This document shows positions 12,320 through 25,349 of a DNA stretch of 64,000 nt, piece after piece. The DNA comes from Octopus sinensis (Eukaryota), in contig NC_043005.1 in assembly GCF_006345805.1 (NCBI RefSeq), positions 74,152,001-74,216,000 on the forward strand, written 5' to 3'. Under the pieces are notes generated by a model. It made no database searches and was not told the DNA's origin. It saw only the letters and a program-made list of their open reading frames with translations. Both the position numbers and the translations under genes were made by a program. Within the stretch, counting starts at the first letter, position 1, and each line of letters opens with the position of its first letter.

Positions 12320-12873
12320 CTGAAAATAGATATTAATCATGAAAATTTTAAATATGAAGAAATTCTCATAATTGAACTGGTTTTGTTGTTGTTGTTGTTT
12401 GGTTAGAACATCTGTGATAGAAGGTCAATGGTCAATTTATTTTATATGTTGGGCAGGAGAGGAGATTCAATGATTCCAATGTTTATAGATCTTCATTAGC
12501 TGGAGAGACAGGTGTAGCTGATGTCTGGACTAAACATCTGTAGTAAAAATGGGGATGGGGCAAGAATCAAGGATCTGGTCTGTATGGTTTGCAGTTTGAA
12601 CTCTACTTTGGCACACAAGCACCAAAGTGGTATTAAACTTAGTAGTGTGTGAGGCCTAACATCTACCTTTTGATAAAACTTTGAAGTATGAGGAAAGGTG
12701 AGTGAGGTTAACAATGTGAAATGCCTATGTGTTCACTATAGCATGTTAGTGGATAAAGAAAAAAAGTCAGGATGTAGGGAGTTATAGCAGAAGGCTGTCC
12801 CGAAGAATGGTAGGGTAGGGTATATTACACAGATATGGGATGAGAAACAAGACAGAATTTAGGGGAAAATTTA

Positions 12874-13108
12874 AAGGCAGCGAGCTGGCAGAAACATGAG
12901 CATGCCGGGCGAAATGCTTAGCAGTATTTCATCTGCCGCAACGTTCTGAGTTCAAATTCCGCCGAGGTCGACTTAACCTTTCATCCTTTCGGGGTCGATT
13001 AAATAAGTACCAGTTACACACTGGGGTCGATATAATCGATTTAATCCCTTTGTCTGTCCTTGTTTGTCTCCTCTGTGTTTAGCCCCTTGTGGGCAATATA
13101 GAAATAAG
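12874..13108 (+). mobile_element. SINE family B
   Basis: aaggcagcgagctggcagaa..gagttcaaattccgccgaggtcgac..cctttcatcctttcggggtcgat. Confidence 0.85.
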
Positions 13109-13809
13109 AATTTAGGGAAATAGAAAAGATACATAAGCTTGGTTTAAATAGAAGATGGTAAGCAGTTGTCATGTTATGGAAAGCAGAAAACATTGTAGTA
13201 CAAACGAAGAGAAAGAGTACAATGTGTAGCTTTATAGTGAAACAGTTCTTGTAAAATATTGGTCTGAGTTTGGCCACTTAATTTGAAGATTTTAAGAATG
13301 GATTTTCGTTACATATAGATAACACCTGTATATCTTATGATCTTCGTGTCTATAATGTAATCTTCTGGTAGATGACATGTACAACGTAATAAATGACATA
13401 CAACAGACAGTCTGGTGATAATTTTCTCTTTCACAAAGAAAGCTAGTGCTGGTTTAATGAAGCAAATTATGTTTATTGTTTATTCCTCACTGATGGCAGA
13501 AAGGAGGGAATTCAACTCTAAAAATGCTGATAATACGATAATAAAATCTATGAAAATGACAGCAAATTCAATGGAAAGGCGTTACCAAAGTGATAGGCTG
13601 TAAAAAAGTATTAAATAGATAAAAGAAGAAAACATAGCAAAGAAGAAGAAAAAACAAATATCCATTTTGTCTTTAAATTCTATAAAATAATTAAGTCTAT
13701 AATTAAAACAATTGATGATGATAATCATCATCCTTACCAATCCCCACCACTATCATCATCATTATCAGCAGCAGTGACATTTTACATCTGCTTTTCAGTG
13801 CTTGCCTGA

Positions 13810-14330
13810 GTTATTTCAACACAGGATCCATCTTACCACTGTTCTTCATCATCTCTTTTGTAAGTCTTACCAACTTGAGATCAATCTTGACTATTTCTGC
13901 TTATGTTCTTCATAGTTCTTCCTCTCCTATACATCTCTTCTACATACATCATTTGACATTTTTTCACAAAGTCATTATTCTTTATCTTCAAAACATATCC
14001 ACACTATCACACTCTTCTCTTTTGTACACCACAGCTAAATTTTTTGATACCCAGTTCTCTCAATTCACTTGTGAGCTATCATTTATACACACTGATATTC
14101 TACATTCAGTAGATTATGTTTTCCCTATTTCTTTCCAGTCTTCAGGCATCTCTATTCAGTGCCCATGATGCTTTACCATGCAGTATAGCACTTCATACTG
14201 AAGCATCATACAAGCTGTCCTTTGCTCAAGGGGTGAAGCTTCTTGAGGTGAACAACAGCAACAGCCCCCAAAATTGTTCCCTCCCTCCCAATCTTTACTT
14301 GAGTTATTATACTTTCACCCATGCTCCACC
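13810..14330 (-). mobile_element. Degenerate RTE-type LINE (post-RT region)
   Basis: Minus strand at 14154-14223 gives KGQ/LYDASV*SAILHGKASWALN (one frameshift), resembling RTE KGRLYxACVRSAMLHGSETW. Confidence 0.6.
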
Positions 14331-15777
14331 AACTTTCTCAGCACAGCTGATATGGTAACCAAGGTGATGGAAATTATCATGTATTCTAAAGAAATTTCTG
14401 AACAATTAAGCATGGTTGTTGAATCAGTACTTCTCTGTGACTCTTCAACATGAACACTGAACAAGAGACTTGAAAAGAAAGTTGGCAGTACCAACACAAG
14501 AAAGCTCTGTGAAGTTCTCAATCTTTCTTGGCAGAAAGACTGCTATATAGACACAACAAAGCAGAAACTGCATGGCAGTCTTCCTACAATCACCTAAGTT
14601 TTCAAAACAAAAACATGTTAATCAAGAGACTGCTGGAAAAGCAAGGATGAAATATCCAGTGATCTCCTCTAGAAACCCACAGATCAACATACAGGTATCA
14701 ACAGACCAAGAACATATATCAATCAACTCATGGAAGATGCTGGATATCAAGTTGAGGGTATGAAGACTACTATGGAAGACTGAGACATGTGGTGAGGAAG
14801 AGTTGCAAATCACCTGACCAGATAGCTATAGACAGTTCTTGGGTGATTTAACAGATAATTACTCTTGCGCATATCTTTTAACATGAAACCCTTCTTTTCA
14901 GTCATCATGCCTGAGATTCCACAAGACATTTTATGTACCCATTGTTTGTATTTTTGAAAAGTGGAACAAGAAAAGACTTAATAAAAATAGGATGCTATGA
15001 AGGAAAACAAAACCAACAGAAAAACAGCACCAGGACAAGACTAGCATACAACACCTTCAAGAGCAGTCGCTTCAATCAGGGTGCCTACAGTCACAGCAGA
15101 TGGTGTTCCCACCAATGAGACTGTAGCAAGACTTTCCAGGCTTAGCACTATAGTCTCATAAAATAAAGGGATGCCGCCAGTGTTCATAGTTGATAAAAAG
15201 AGTAGAGTTCTTAATTTTACTTCCTATCTATGACACATGGCCAATTCCCAATTGGTAGTAATGTCTTTATTGCTGACTAATATTTTTCTCTTTGCTAAAT
15301 TGATTTTTAAGGCCTCTCAATTTCACACCAAGCTTCTTTATTTTCTTCTAAGTTTTTGGCTGCAAGAAATAGATTATCAACATACAATCATTCACTTGAA
15401 CAGCCAGGCTTGAACTTCTCTGTTTTGCCTTGGAGAATTATTGCAAACATAAAGAGGCTGTGAAATGAGTCTTGACAAACACTTATCTGTGTGCTAAATT
15501 CATCATGACCTCATAGCTAACTCATACTTTTCAGACAGTGTCCACTCACATGGCTTGCACAGCTTTCAAAAACTACACAATGAAATAATGAAACAGGTAA
15601 CACACATCAGTCCAATGATTGCTTTCTCTTTCACAAAGACCAGTTACTGCACCTATACACAGTGACTTTTTATTTTGCTTATAGTAAGTTGTCTAAACAA
15701 TGCTTGTATTTCATTTCACAGGCGCTCCTGTACCTATCCATACCCTACTATAATTCATATAAACAAATACTACTTAC

Positions 15778-15857
15778 CTGTAGTAGTAGATGGGAACTGT
15801 GTTGTGGTATCACACCCAGGTCCCTCTTGACATCTAAATGCTCCTTCAAAGCAGGTA
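15778..15857 (-). CDS. Mucin-like gene exon (VWC-like end plus Thr-rich linker)
   Basis: cag acceptor, GTAAGT donor, phase 2 to 1. Encodes TCFEGAFRCQEGPGCDTTTQFPSTTT. Confidence 0.9.
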
Positions 15858-16196
15858 CTGTTTACAGAGAGATGTAAAGATTGCATTATATTATTGTTAG
15901 TATTTAAGGTGGTCCTACCCAACCTGAATATTCTACCTGTTTTACATTTAAACTGACCAGATCCTACCTCACACATTTACTTTACATCATTCTGAAGATA
16001 TGCAATTGCATTATCAAAGTTTCAAAGCTACAAGATAATGCATGATTAATTCTAAACAATGTGACTAAATAAGTATTATATTTGACAGTAATTTGAAAGC
16101 TGAAAGTTAAAGTAAGTCTAAATATATATATTTTGCATAAACATGATGCCAGAAGTTATAGAGGAGGCATACAGATGATTTGATAGACATTGATCA

Positions 16197-16607
16197 TTGC
16201 CAGAGCAACAAGCTGGCCTCCATGCCGATGGCACATAAAAAGCACCATTTGAACGTGATCGTTACCTACGTTGCCTTACTGGCACTTGTACTGGTGGCAC
16301 ATGAAAAAACATTCGAGTGAGGTCTTTGCCAGTGCCACTGGACTGGCTCCTGTGCAGGTGGCACATAAAAAGCACCATTTGAGCATGGCTGCTGCCAGTA
16401 CCGCCTGACTGGCCCTCATACCAGTGGCACGTAAAAGCACCCACTACACTCTCGGACTTGTTGGCATTAGGAAGGGCATCCAGCTGTAGAAACTCTGCCT
16501 GATCAGATTGGAGTCTGGTGCAGCCATCTAGTTTGCCAGACCTCAGTCAAATCGTCCAACCCATGCTAGCATGGAAAGCGGACGTTAAACAATGATGATG
16601 ATGATTA
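16197..16607 (+). mobile_element. Family A repeat
   Basis: Same motifs and (GAT)n tail. Confidence 0.8.
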
Positions 16608-16838
16608 TAATAGTCTGATGAAGGCATACAGCTTAGTGGTTAGGGTCTTTTAAGCTCATGATCATGAGGTGTGAGGTCAATAGCCAGTGGTATATTGTGT
16701 CCTTGAGCAAGACACTTTATTTCACATTGCACTGGTCAACTCAGCTGAAGTTATATCAGTAAATCAAAGAGCCAGCCTTATCAGATTCTGTGTCATGTTG
16801 AATGTCCTTGAGAACTACACACAAAAATGCATACGTAC

Positions 16839-16935
16839 CATTTCCTGCAGTTCATCATAACCACTGTACCAGGTTTATAAGTCTTTCCAGTTGATGGATC
16901 AGTACAGAAACATTCGCTAATTGGAACGCAATCAC
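16839..16935 (-). CDS. Mucin-like gene exon (end of TIL, start of VWC/TILa-like module)
   Basis: tttcag acceptor, GTACGT donor, phase 1 to 2. Encodes (G)DCVPISECFCTDPSTGKTYKPGTVVMMNCRK(C), in frame with both neighbours. Absent from the ORF track. Confidence 0.92.
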
Positions 16936-17479
16936 CTGAAACAAAGAAAGTAAAAAATTTGATTTAGATGATAAAAAATTGGTAACTAATAAGCAGTTCA
17001 GTCAAAAATATTATATCAATGAAATTGATAATTAAAAACTCAGAGAGAATGAGAGTGTGTGTATCTGTGTGCACATGCACATGCATGAGTGTTTGTGTTT
17101 GTGTGTGAGTGTGTTTGAGTGAGTGCTTACTGGCCATGTGTCAAGTTTTTGGTTCATGTGAAAAGGTTCTGTTATTATTTATATTGCTGACCTCTGGTGG
17201 TCACACACAATACTAAATCAGGAGAAGCTAACTGTGAGGGCTAACAATCTTATTTGTTCCCATAGGCACATGCATGGTTGTGTGACCAAAAAGTTTGTTT
17301 TGAAAGCTCGTGGTTTTGAATTCAGTTCTACTCACCTAACAGTGCAATTAGTGAGATTTTGATTAAATTTCATTGTTATTTTCATTATTATTAAATCATT
17401 AACATGGTTATTTAAGAATATGTTATTTTCAATAGATAGTATATATACAAAAATGGTTAACAAAATATTTAGGTCATAC

Positions 17480-17626
17480 CGTCTTGTTCATAAGTGCCAT
17501 TTGGACAGAAACAACCTTCAACTTCTCCAGTAGTACAAATAAAATCTTTTTTCCCAAAGTCTACACATGTTTTGGGACAGGAGGAGTGACATGGGAAATA
17601 TTCCCGACCGGTGGGGCACTGAATTC
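17480..17626 (-). CDS. Mucin/SCO-spondin/hemocytin-like gene, first visible exon (TIL domain)
   Basis: ttag acceptor, GTATGA donor, phase 1 to 1. Encodes IQCPTGREYFPCHSSCPKTCVDFGKKDFICTTGEVEGCFCPNGTYEQD, a typical TIL cysteine pattern. Confidence 0.92.
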
Positions 17627-17885
17627 CTAAAGAAAGAAATGAAGAGAAAAATACCATTTATTGTCTTCAACATACATCATTAAAAGTTTGATATAACATT
17701 GTAATAGGAAGGAAATATCTAGAAGAAAAATAAAGGATCCAGAAAAATGTAGATTGCCTATAGTAATAATGATAGTAATAAAAGCCATCTTTGATTGAAT
17801 GTATGATCAAAAGCAAATGCATTCTAGCTATGTATTTTCCTTATGTGTAAGGAACCAAGGACCACATTATCCAATGTACCTTTTT

Positions 17886-17985
17886 NNNNNNNNNNNNNNN
17901 NNNNNNNNNNNNNNNNNNNNNNNNNNNNNNNNNNNNNNNNNNNNNNNNNNNNNNNNNNNNNNNNNNNNNNNNNNNNNNNNNNNNN
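17886..17985. other. Assembly gap (100 N)
   Basis: Run of exactly 100 n; the right flank starts in the middle of a SINE. Confidence 0.99.
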
Positions 17986-18328
17986 GGCTGTATCGTGTTC
18001 TTAAGCAAGACCCTTTGTTTCACGTTGCTCTAGTTCACTCAGCGGCAGAAATGAGTTGTGACGTCATTGGTACCAAGCTGTATCGACCCCTTTGCCTTTT
18101 TCTTTGAACAACATCAGTGACAAGCAGAGGGGAGACAAGTATGTTGGGGAACTGCTAGTCTGGGTAAGGGTGTCTTACAGACAAACTTACCCGGACTTCT
18201 CCCTAGGAGGGGAACTTTCTAGGTGCAATCCCATGGTTAGTCATGACCGAAAGGGGTTTTTACTCTTTATGTTATATATATATTATATATATATATGTAT
18301 GTATGTGAATATATATATATATATATTA

Positions 18329-18374
<46 letters not shown>

Positions 18375-18467
18375 TCTACATAGAGTAGCATATATCATTT
18401 ACACATGCATATTCATATACGCCCTGTAACTTCATTTATAAGTATTATATACGCATAAACAGAAGCA

Positions 18468-18510
<43 letters not shown>

Positions 18511-18935
18511 GCTGTCTCAGATACCGCTTGCGCAAACGCACACACACACACACATAAACACATACATGAACACAACCTAATTGCATACCGACTCTCAGAC
18601 ACACTTCGAACACACGCCGCCCACCCAACACAGACGCATGCTAATCCCTCAACATTCACGCATACACACACATACACACACACACGCGCGCGCGCGCGCA
18701 CACACACACACATATGCACACACCCATGTAGATATATAATTGAATTAAATTTAATATATATATATATATTTTGAAATCAAATTTAGTTTGCGGCTAAATA
18801 TAAGACTGAAGAGAAAATTGATGTTTATAAATTAAGTAGAGATCATAATGGGTATGTGATAGGCAAATTCAAGAGTGATTATCCGATAAACACACACAGA
18901 GAGACCCGCCAACGCGCGCGCGCTCATATAAAACG

Positions 18936-18983
<48 letters not shown>

Positions 18984-19100
18984 CACACACACACATGCCT
19001 GCACGTATGAACATACCAGAAACATGATTATCTGATCCTCTAATTCCATGTTTCAATTATGCATACATACACACAGATATATATATATATATATAGATAT

Positions 19101-19168
<68 letters not shown>

Positions 19169-19174
19169 TATATG

Positions 19175-19227
<53 letters not shown>

Positions 19228-19680
19228 TATATATTATTTTATATATTATTTGTGTTGTGTATATATATATATATTATATATATTATGTGTATATATATGT
19301 ATGTATCTGTACAAATACACATACATACAGATATATGTATACGTATATGTGTTTGTGTGTGCGTGTGAATGTGTTATGTATATATATATGTTTATATTTA
19401 TTATATATAGGCGTGTATACAAAACACGCACTTAACTAAAACTGTGCTACCAAATTTTAGGTTCCTTTCTGTGTATTTATATTTATATGGTGTGTGTGTG
19501 TGTGTGTGTGTATGTGTGTGTGTATTCAAACATATATATATATATTTATATATCCACCTATCCACCCCCACAGACATATATATGCACACTCACGCTCAAA
19601 TATACAAGCACACATCAACTAAGAACACACACAGTTCTTTCGTAGACTGACTGCTACGCCAAGACGCGTGTGGACTGGAG

Positions 19681-19752
19681 AGCCAATCAGCGTTGAGCAA
19701 TTGCAACCGATCAAGGCGGGAGAATTGAAGGGCGAAAAACTAAATATAAATA
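19681..19752 (+). promoter_or_regulatory. Candidate Pol II core/proximal promoter (CCAAT, GC box, TATA)
   Basis: AGCCAATCAG at 19681 (NF-Y consensus), GGCGGG at 19715 and TATAAATA at 19745, in canonical order and spacing within a unique CpG-containing island between microsatellites. Confidence 0.55.
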
Positions 19753-19774
19753 GATGAACATTAAAATAAGTAGA

Positions 19775-19875
19775 CAGAGGAAGCAATTAGGGCAAAACGC
19801 AAAGCGTCTAGGAGGTTTGCCTGCTGAATCTAGTATGGAAAATTGGACCCATGTTTTGCTAAAATCTTTGCATGG
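19775..19875 (+). other. Candidate first exon with short ATG ORF (MENWTHVLLKSLHG..) ending at a GTAAGT donor
   Basis: Lies about 25-125 nt after the TATA box. ATG at 19835, GG|GTAAGT at 19875/19876, followed by T-rich intron-like sequence. The start is inferred from the TATA position. Confidence 0.45.
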
Positions 19876-20885
19876 GTAAGTCTTTGCTATTGTTGTTATT
19901 TATTTTTCTGTTTTTTTTGTTTTTTTTGTCTTTTGCTGTCAAGGATTGGTCTGTTTTGCATTTAATGCTACAAAAAGAAAAGAAAAAGAAAAGTAACTAG
20001 AGTTTTTGCGCTTACCCCAACTTTTCTTAGCGATTATTGAAAGACAGGCAGTTTCTCGTTCAAAATATTTTACGGTACCACTAAAACAGGCGCAACTAAA
20101 ATTACAAGATTACAAGTTTTATTTTTGGTATAATTTGTGGTGGTCATAGCGGCAGTGGTGGTGTTAGCACATGTAACAAAAATAAACAAAATGCCGGGTA
20201 GTATTTTGCTCCGTGTTTTACGTTCGGCGTTCGAATCCTACGGAGTCATCTTAGTCATTCTCATCCTTTCAGAGTTCGATAAATCAATGTATCACTTAGA
20301 AGTTGTGGTCAATGTAGTAGACTAGCCCCCTACCCTCAAAATTGCTCTTTTGTGCTTTTTCTTTTTTTCTTTTTTGAACTGCAAAACCATTTATAATGTT
20401 AATTTTTAGTATTTTATTTCAAAATCGCGTCAGGCCCTCTCTTTCCTCCACATAGTCTCTTTCTGGTTCATATAAAGAAACACACATACGCACACACACA
20501 CACACACACGCGCACACACACATGAATATTTGTGTGTGTATACAAGTTTATGTGTGTGCGTGTTTTTGTGTGTACGTGTGTATGTGTGAGTATGTGTGTG
20601 TATTATAAAGCCTCACAATTGGTTATTTAATTTTTACAAGGAAAACTTTGAGAGTTACTTCAAAATTTCGGCTACATAGCCATCATCGCACGGTCCGATG
20701 AAGGCTTCATAACTGAAAAACTTCGAAATAACTGATGATCTTTCCCTTGTAAAAATAAAAATAAAAATTAAAATATTACTTTGCTGAAAAGGATTGAATA
20801 ATCTTCCAATTAAATGTTAGATTTTTTTTTCTTTTTTGTATATAACCATACATAAAAACAAACCCAAACAGATGTGTGTATGTGC

Positions 20886-20955
<70 letters not shown>

Positions 20956-20967
20956 TGTGTGTGTGTA

Positions 20968-20998
<31 letters not shown>

Positions 20999-21177
20999 AT
21001 ATATGTATGTATATACACGCATACATATATGTATATACATACATACATATATACATACATACATACATATATGCATACATACATTCATACATACATACAC
21101 ACATATATGTCTGAGGTGTAGAAAAATAATCTAACGATAGAATAGCATTATATATACGATAAATGGAAAGAGAACTA

Positions 21178-21250
21178 TAATAATATAATAATAAAATAAT
21201 AATAATAATAATAATAATATGATAATGATAATAATAAAATAATGAAATGA

Positions 21251-21293
<43 letters not shown>

Positions 21294-21297
21294 GATG

Positions 21298-21395
<98 letters not shown>
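21178..21395. repeat. (AAT)n directly followed by (ATT)n
   Basis: Polarity switch near 21338. Confidence 0.95.
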
Positions 21396-21396
<1 letters not shown>

Positions 21397-21499
21397 GTTG
21401 TTGTTGTTGACGACAGTGACGGATAAGGGAATATAATAGGGACGTGTTACAAAAAATTTACACAGAAATCGGATGGTATAAACTTAAAAGTGATGACAT

Positions 21500-22100
21500 A
21501 GGCAGTATACAAATGTGCGACACAGTTCTCAGAGAAGGACCACCACTAATCAAAAAATCGCATATTTCCAGAATTGCCTTGAATGCCAAGAGACCTACCT
21601 TTTCCCAGCTGTGTTTTCTGGCTTTTTCATGTACACAGGGCTGTTCTTACCAGTCTTATTTACGGTTCAGTAAAGTCGCGAGAGGGTGGAATATTATACG
21701 CCATCCTTACGTTCTACTCCAAGGGGAACTTGAAGTAATTGATGGGGGCTTGGTCAAATAGGGAATTTTTCTGCTTTAGAAAACGCTGATCCTTTAGTAT
21801 ACAATCCTCTTATCCATTTCCCCCATGGCTGCCAGAGTGGAAAACTGTATGTCATTTCTAGTCAAAGGAAAGTAACGGGTCATTGCTCGCGATGGACACG
21901 GCCTATCACCAGAAATATCCCATATGTGACAACAGCTGGTCGAAATGACTTCTCAAAACAGCAATGCTTGGGTATGGAATGAATGCTTGCAGACTGATCA
22001 TTTTTTTTTCTCTTTGTGAACATTTAATAACATTCCAAATGTCTGGTGCATCATTCTGGCCCTTCTTTGACCCAGGTCAAGCTCCGGAAGTAATGAAACA
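21500..22100 (-). pseudogene. Degenerate DNA-transposon coding remnant, possibly Academ-like (XPG nuclease/Cys-rich C-terminus)
   Basis: Minus-strand fragments TRNDIQFSTLAAMGK, NIPPSRD (21675-21695), AILEICDFLISGG (21539-21577) and a frameshifted CTALC-like piece occur in the expected order. Confidence 0.35.
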
Positions 22101-22438
22101 AGCTGCTGGAAAACGTGTTTTACAAACGATAACCAGATCTCAACTAGTTGTCCAGAATTATTTGCTGTAGAAAATTATAATTTTCAATATCTAAATCAAC
22201 TTTTAATCCAGAATTTTTAGAGATCAAATGTATCACCATTAATTTATGTATTTCTTCAAATGTTTACAATTTTACCTGTATATATATATTTTTATCAGCG
22301 TGTGTGTGTGTCTGAGTGTGTGCGCGTGTGCGTGTATGTATGCATACATACACACACACACACACACACACAGAGAGAGGAGAGACAGAGAGAGAGGGGG
22401 AAAGACGCAATCGTAAGTGTAAAGTATGGATATGCATG

Positions 22439-22482
<44 letters not shown>

Positions 22483-23198
22483 CATTGCACATATATATAT
22501 ACATATGTACATATGCATATAGATGTGTGTGTGTATGTGTGTATTTGTATGTATCTCTATATATTTATGTCCATATATATATATGTATATATGTATGCAC
22601 ACACACACAACATATATATATATATATGCACATAAATATTTAATATATGTATGCATTACACATACATACATATATACATTCATGCACGCATGCGTGCATA
22701 CTCACACACTTGTATGTATATATTACAGTAAAAAAATGAGAAGGGGTGCTGAAGTAGGAAAAATATTTAAAAACTAAATAAATAAATAAATAGAAATAAA
22801 AAATATAAATAAAAAAAAGTAAACAAACAAACAAATAAATAAGTAATCTGAGGTAGTAGGATGCATAGAGTAGAAGGAAGAGTTACTGATGAAATGATTC
22901 CGTTGTTATAGTTACCAAACACATTTACAGTAGACGATTTCAATGCTTTAATATTCTAGCATCTGCAGCAATCCTTTAAGTTAGCAACTCGTAAGTTAAG
23001 CAGGGTCAGCAAAACCCTCAGAGATGTAGAGGGAGAAGCGAGAAAGGGAGAAGACAGAATGAGGGGTGGGGTGGGCGTGGTGGGAGGGTTGGAGGGAGGG
23101 AGTAGGGTTTCTGATGAAGAAACAGACGAGTGAGCAAAGTTTATGCTGTTTTCTATTATCTTACATGTCAGTTCATGTGCATATGTGCATACATATAG

Positions 23199-23229
<31 letters not shown>

Positions 23230-23343
23230 GACATACATACATGCATACACACACGCATACATACATGCATATATATAAATATATCAATATATATATATAT
23301 CGATATATATATATATATATATACACACGTGCATACACACATT

Positions 23344-23385
<42 letters not shown>

Positions 23386-23458
23386 TATGTGTGTGTGTGC
23401 GTGTGTATATATCTACATGTATGTGTGAGTGCCCGTATGACTATTGCGTCTGTCTCTC

Positions 23459-23489
<31 letters not shown>

Positions 23490-23597
23490 AGTATGCAATA
23501 CATATATATGTGTGTGTAAATATATAATAAACATATGTATAGTATGTGTATATATTTGTATATGTATAAAATATATATGTATAATGTGTGTATGTGT

Positions 23598-23646
<49 letters not shown>

Positions 23647-25263
23647 GCCTCACGTACATCCAGTTCTGTCAGTTCACTATTAGTTGTGTCTCACTATATA
23701 CAACATCAATAAAGAACTTCTTCTTTTGACACACATAAAGTCCTATTTTTATGATATGAATTGGAAACCTACCCAAAAGGCTTTGACCCTTTCATAGTCC
23801 ATGAAATGATCACATTTCAAATACAGGTATTTACAGAGATGATTGGAGGGTCGGTATAATAAGCCCTAATGTCAAACTTACTCTTCAATGTGTAGTATTG
23901 GGGTTTTGGCCTTATTTTGGAAGTTAATATTTTAAAGACCGAAAGTAATAGAGATGAAAACGAAAGAGAAAAAGAAATTGCGGGAGAGTGGTAAGAATAT
24001 GACTGAAGTACAGAGGAGAGATTATTGTTTTCACTTTTGGGATTTGCAGCCAAATTAGAAAACAATAGTCGTTTTTAAAATAGTGAAAGCGAAAATTAAC
24101 TGTTCTCTAACTTCAGCCTTTGTCATATATATATATATATATATATAATATATATATATATATATAAGGAATATGAGGGATTTAGTTCACTGATGATCTA
24201 AATCAATAGGTACGTTGCGTTAAGTGCTATAATAAATTGGTCATCCGTTGGGTTCCAAGACCACAGCTAAGGCTGGAGCCAGGGGTCTCTAGTAGGCTGC
24301 CCATCCAGTGGGTATATATTAAACGAAAAGGCAAACAGGCAATTTAGAATACTTGATTAGAGTAAAAGTGGATCAAAAAAGAAGTAGAAGTAAGTAATGT
24401 CTTTACGCTTATTAAATACTTTAAATGATCTGAGATGCTCGTCCTGCCATGGTTTTGTTTTCCTTTTCCTTTTCCTTTAATATATATATACATATAAGAG
24501 TGGACCCAAGGGGAGCGCCTGAGGGGCACGTGCCCCTCTCAAGAAAAGAAGTGCACCCATCTAAATAATGTTATTACGCCCTATTCTCCTAGAATTGTAT
24601 TTCTTTCTGACCTTATGCCTTCCCTTCGAAATGTTCACGTGATCACGTGACCGACCAGGCTATCAGATGTTGGTACACATCGCTGGTCACAATGCGCTCG
24701 TGGTGCTTTTAGGTATTTTCGCTCAATAAACACTCACAACGCCCGGTCTGGTAATCGAAACCGCGATTCTACGACCGCGAGTCCGCTGCCTTAACCATTG
24801 GGCCATTGCACCTCCTATATATATATATATATATTGTCCCTTTCTGACTTCTCCCTTTTTCGCTTGTCCCTCTATGACTGCTGGCATGCTGGAGAAGCAC
24901 TAAAAAGGGATTTTGTGAGTCAAATCGACCCCAGTACTTATTTTTAATTGTTTTTAAAGCCTGACGTTTATTCTCTTGAGCTCTTTTACCGGAACGTAAA
25001 CAAACCATCACTGGTTATCAAACGGTGAGGGGGAACATCTACAAACACAAAGATACACACACATTATTATACTATCATATATATGCGATGAGCTTCTTTC
25101 AGTTTCCATTTCCCCGAAATATACAAACTATACATGTGTATTGTGTGTATGTATGTATGTATGTATGTATGTATGTATGTATGTATGTATGCATGTATGC
25201 ATGTATGTATGTATGTATGCATGTATGTATGTATGTGTGTATGCATATATGTATCTATATATG

Positions 25264-25349
<86 letters not shown>

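Noticed and set aside
20660-20725. Two overlapping hammerhead-like fragments on opposite strands
   Set aside because: The cores (GCGAUGA, CCGAUGA) and stems I/III are too degenerate to support.
23064-23107. G-rich tract with G-quadruplex potential
   Set aside because: Sits in simple-repeat DNA with no link to a promoter or exon; common in this genome.
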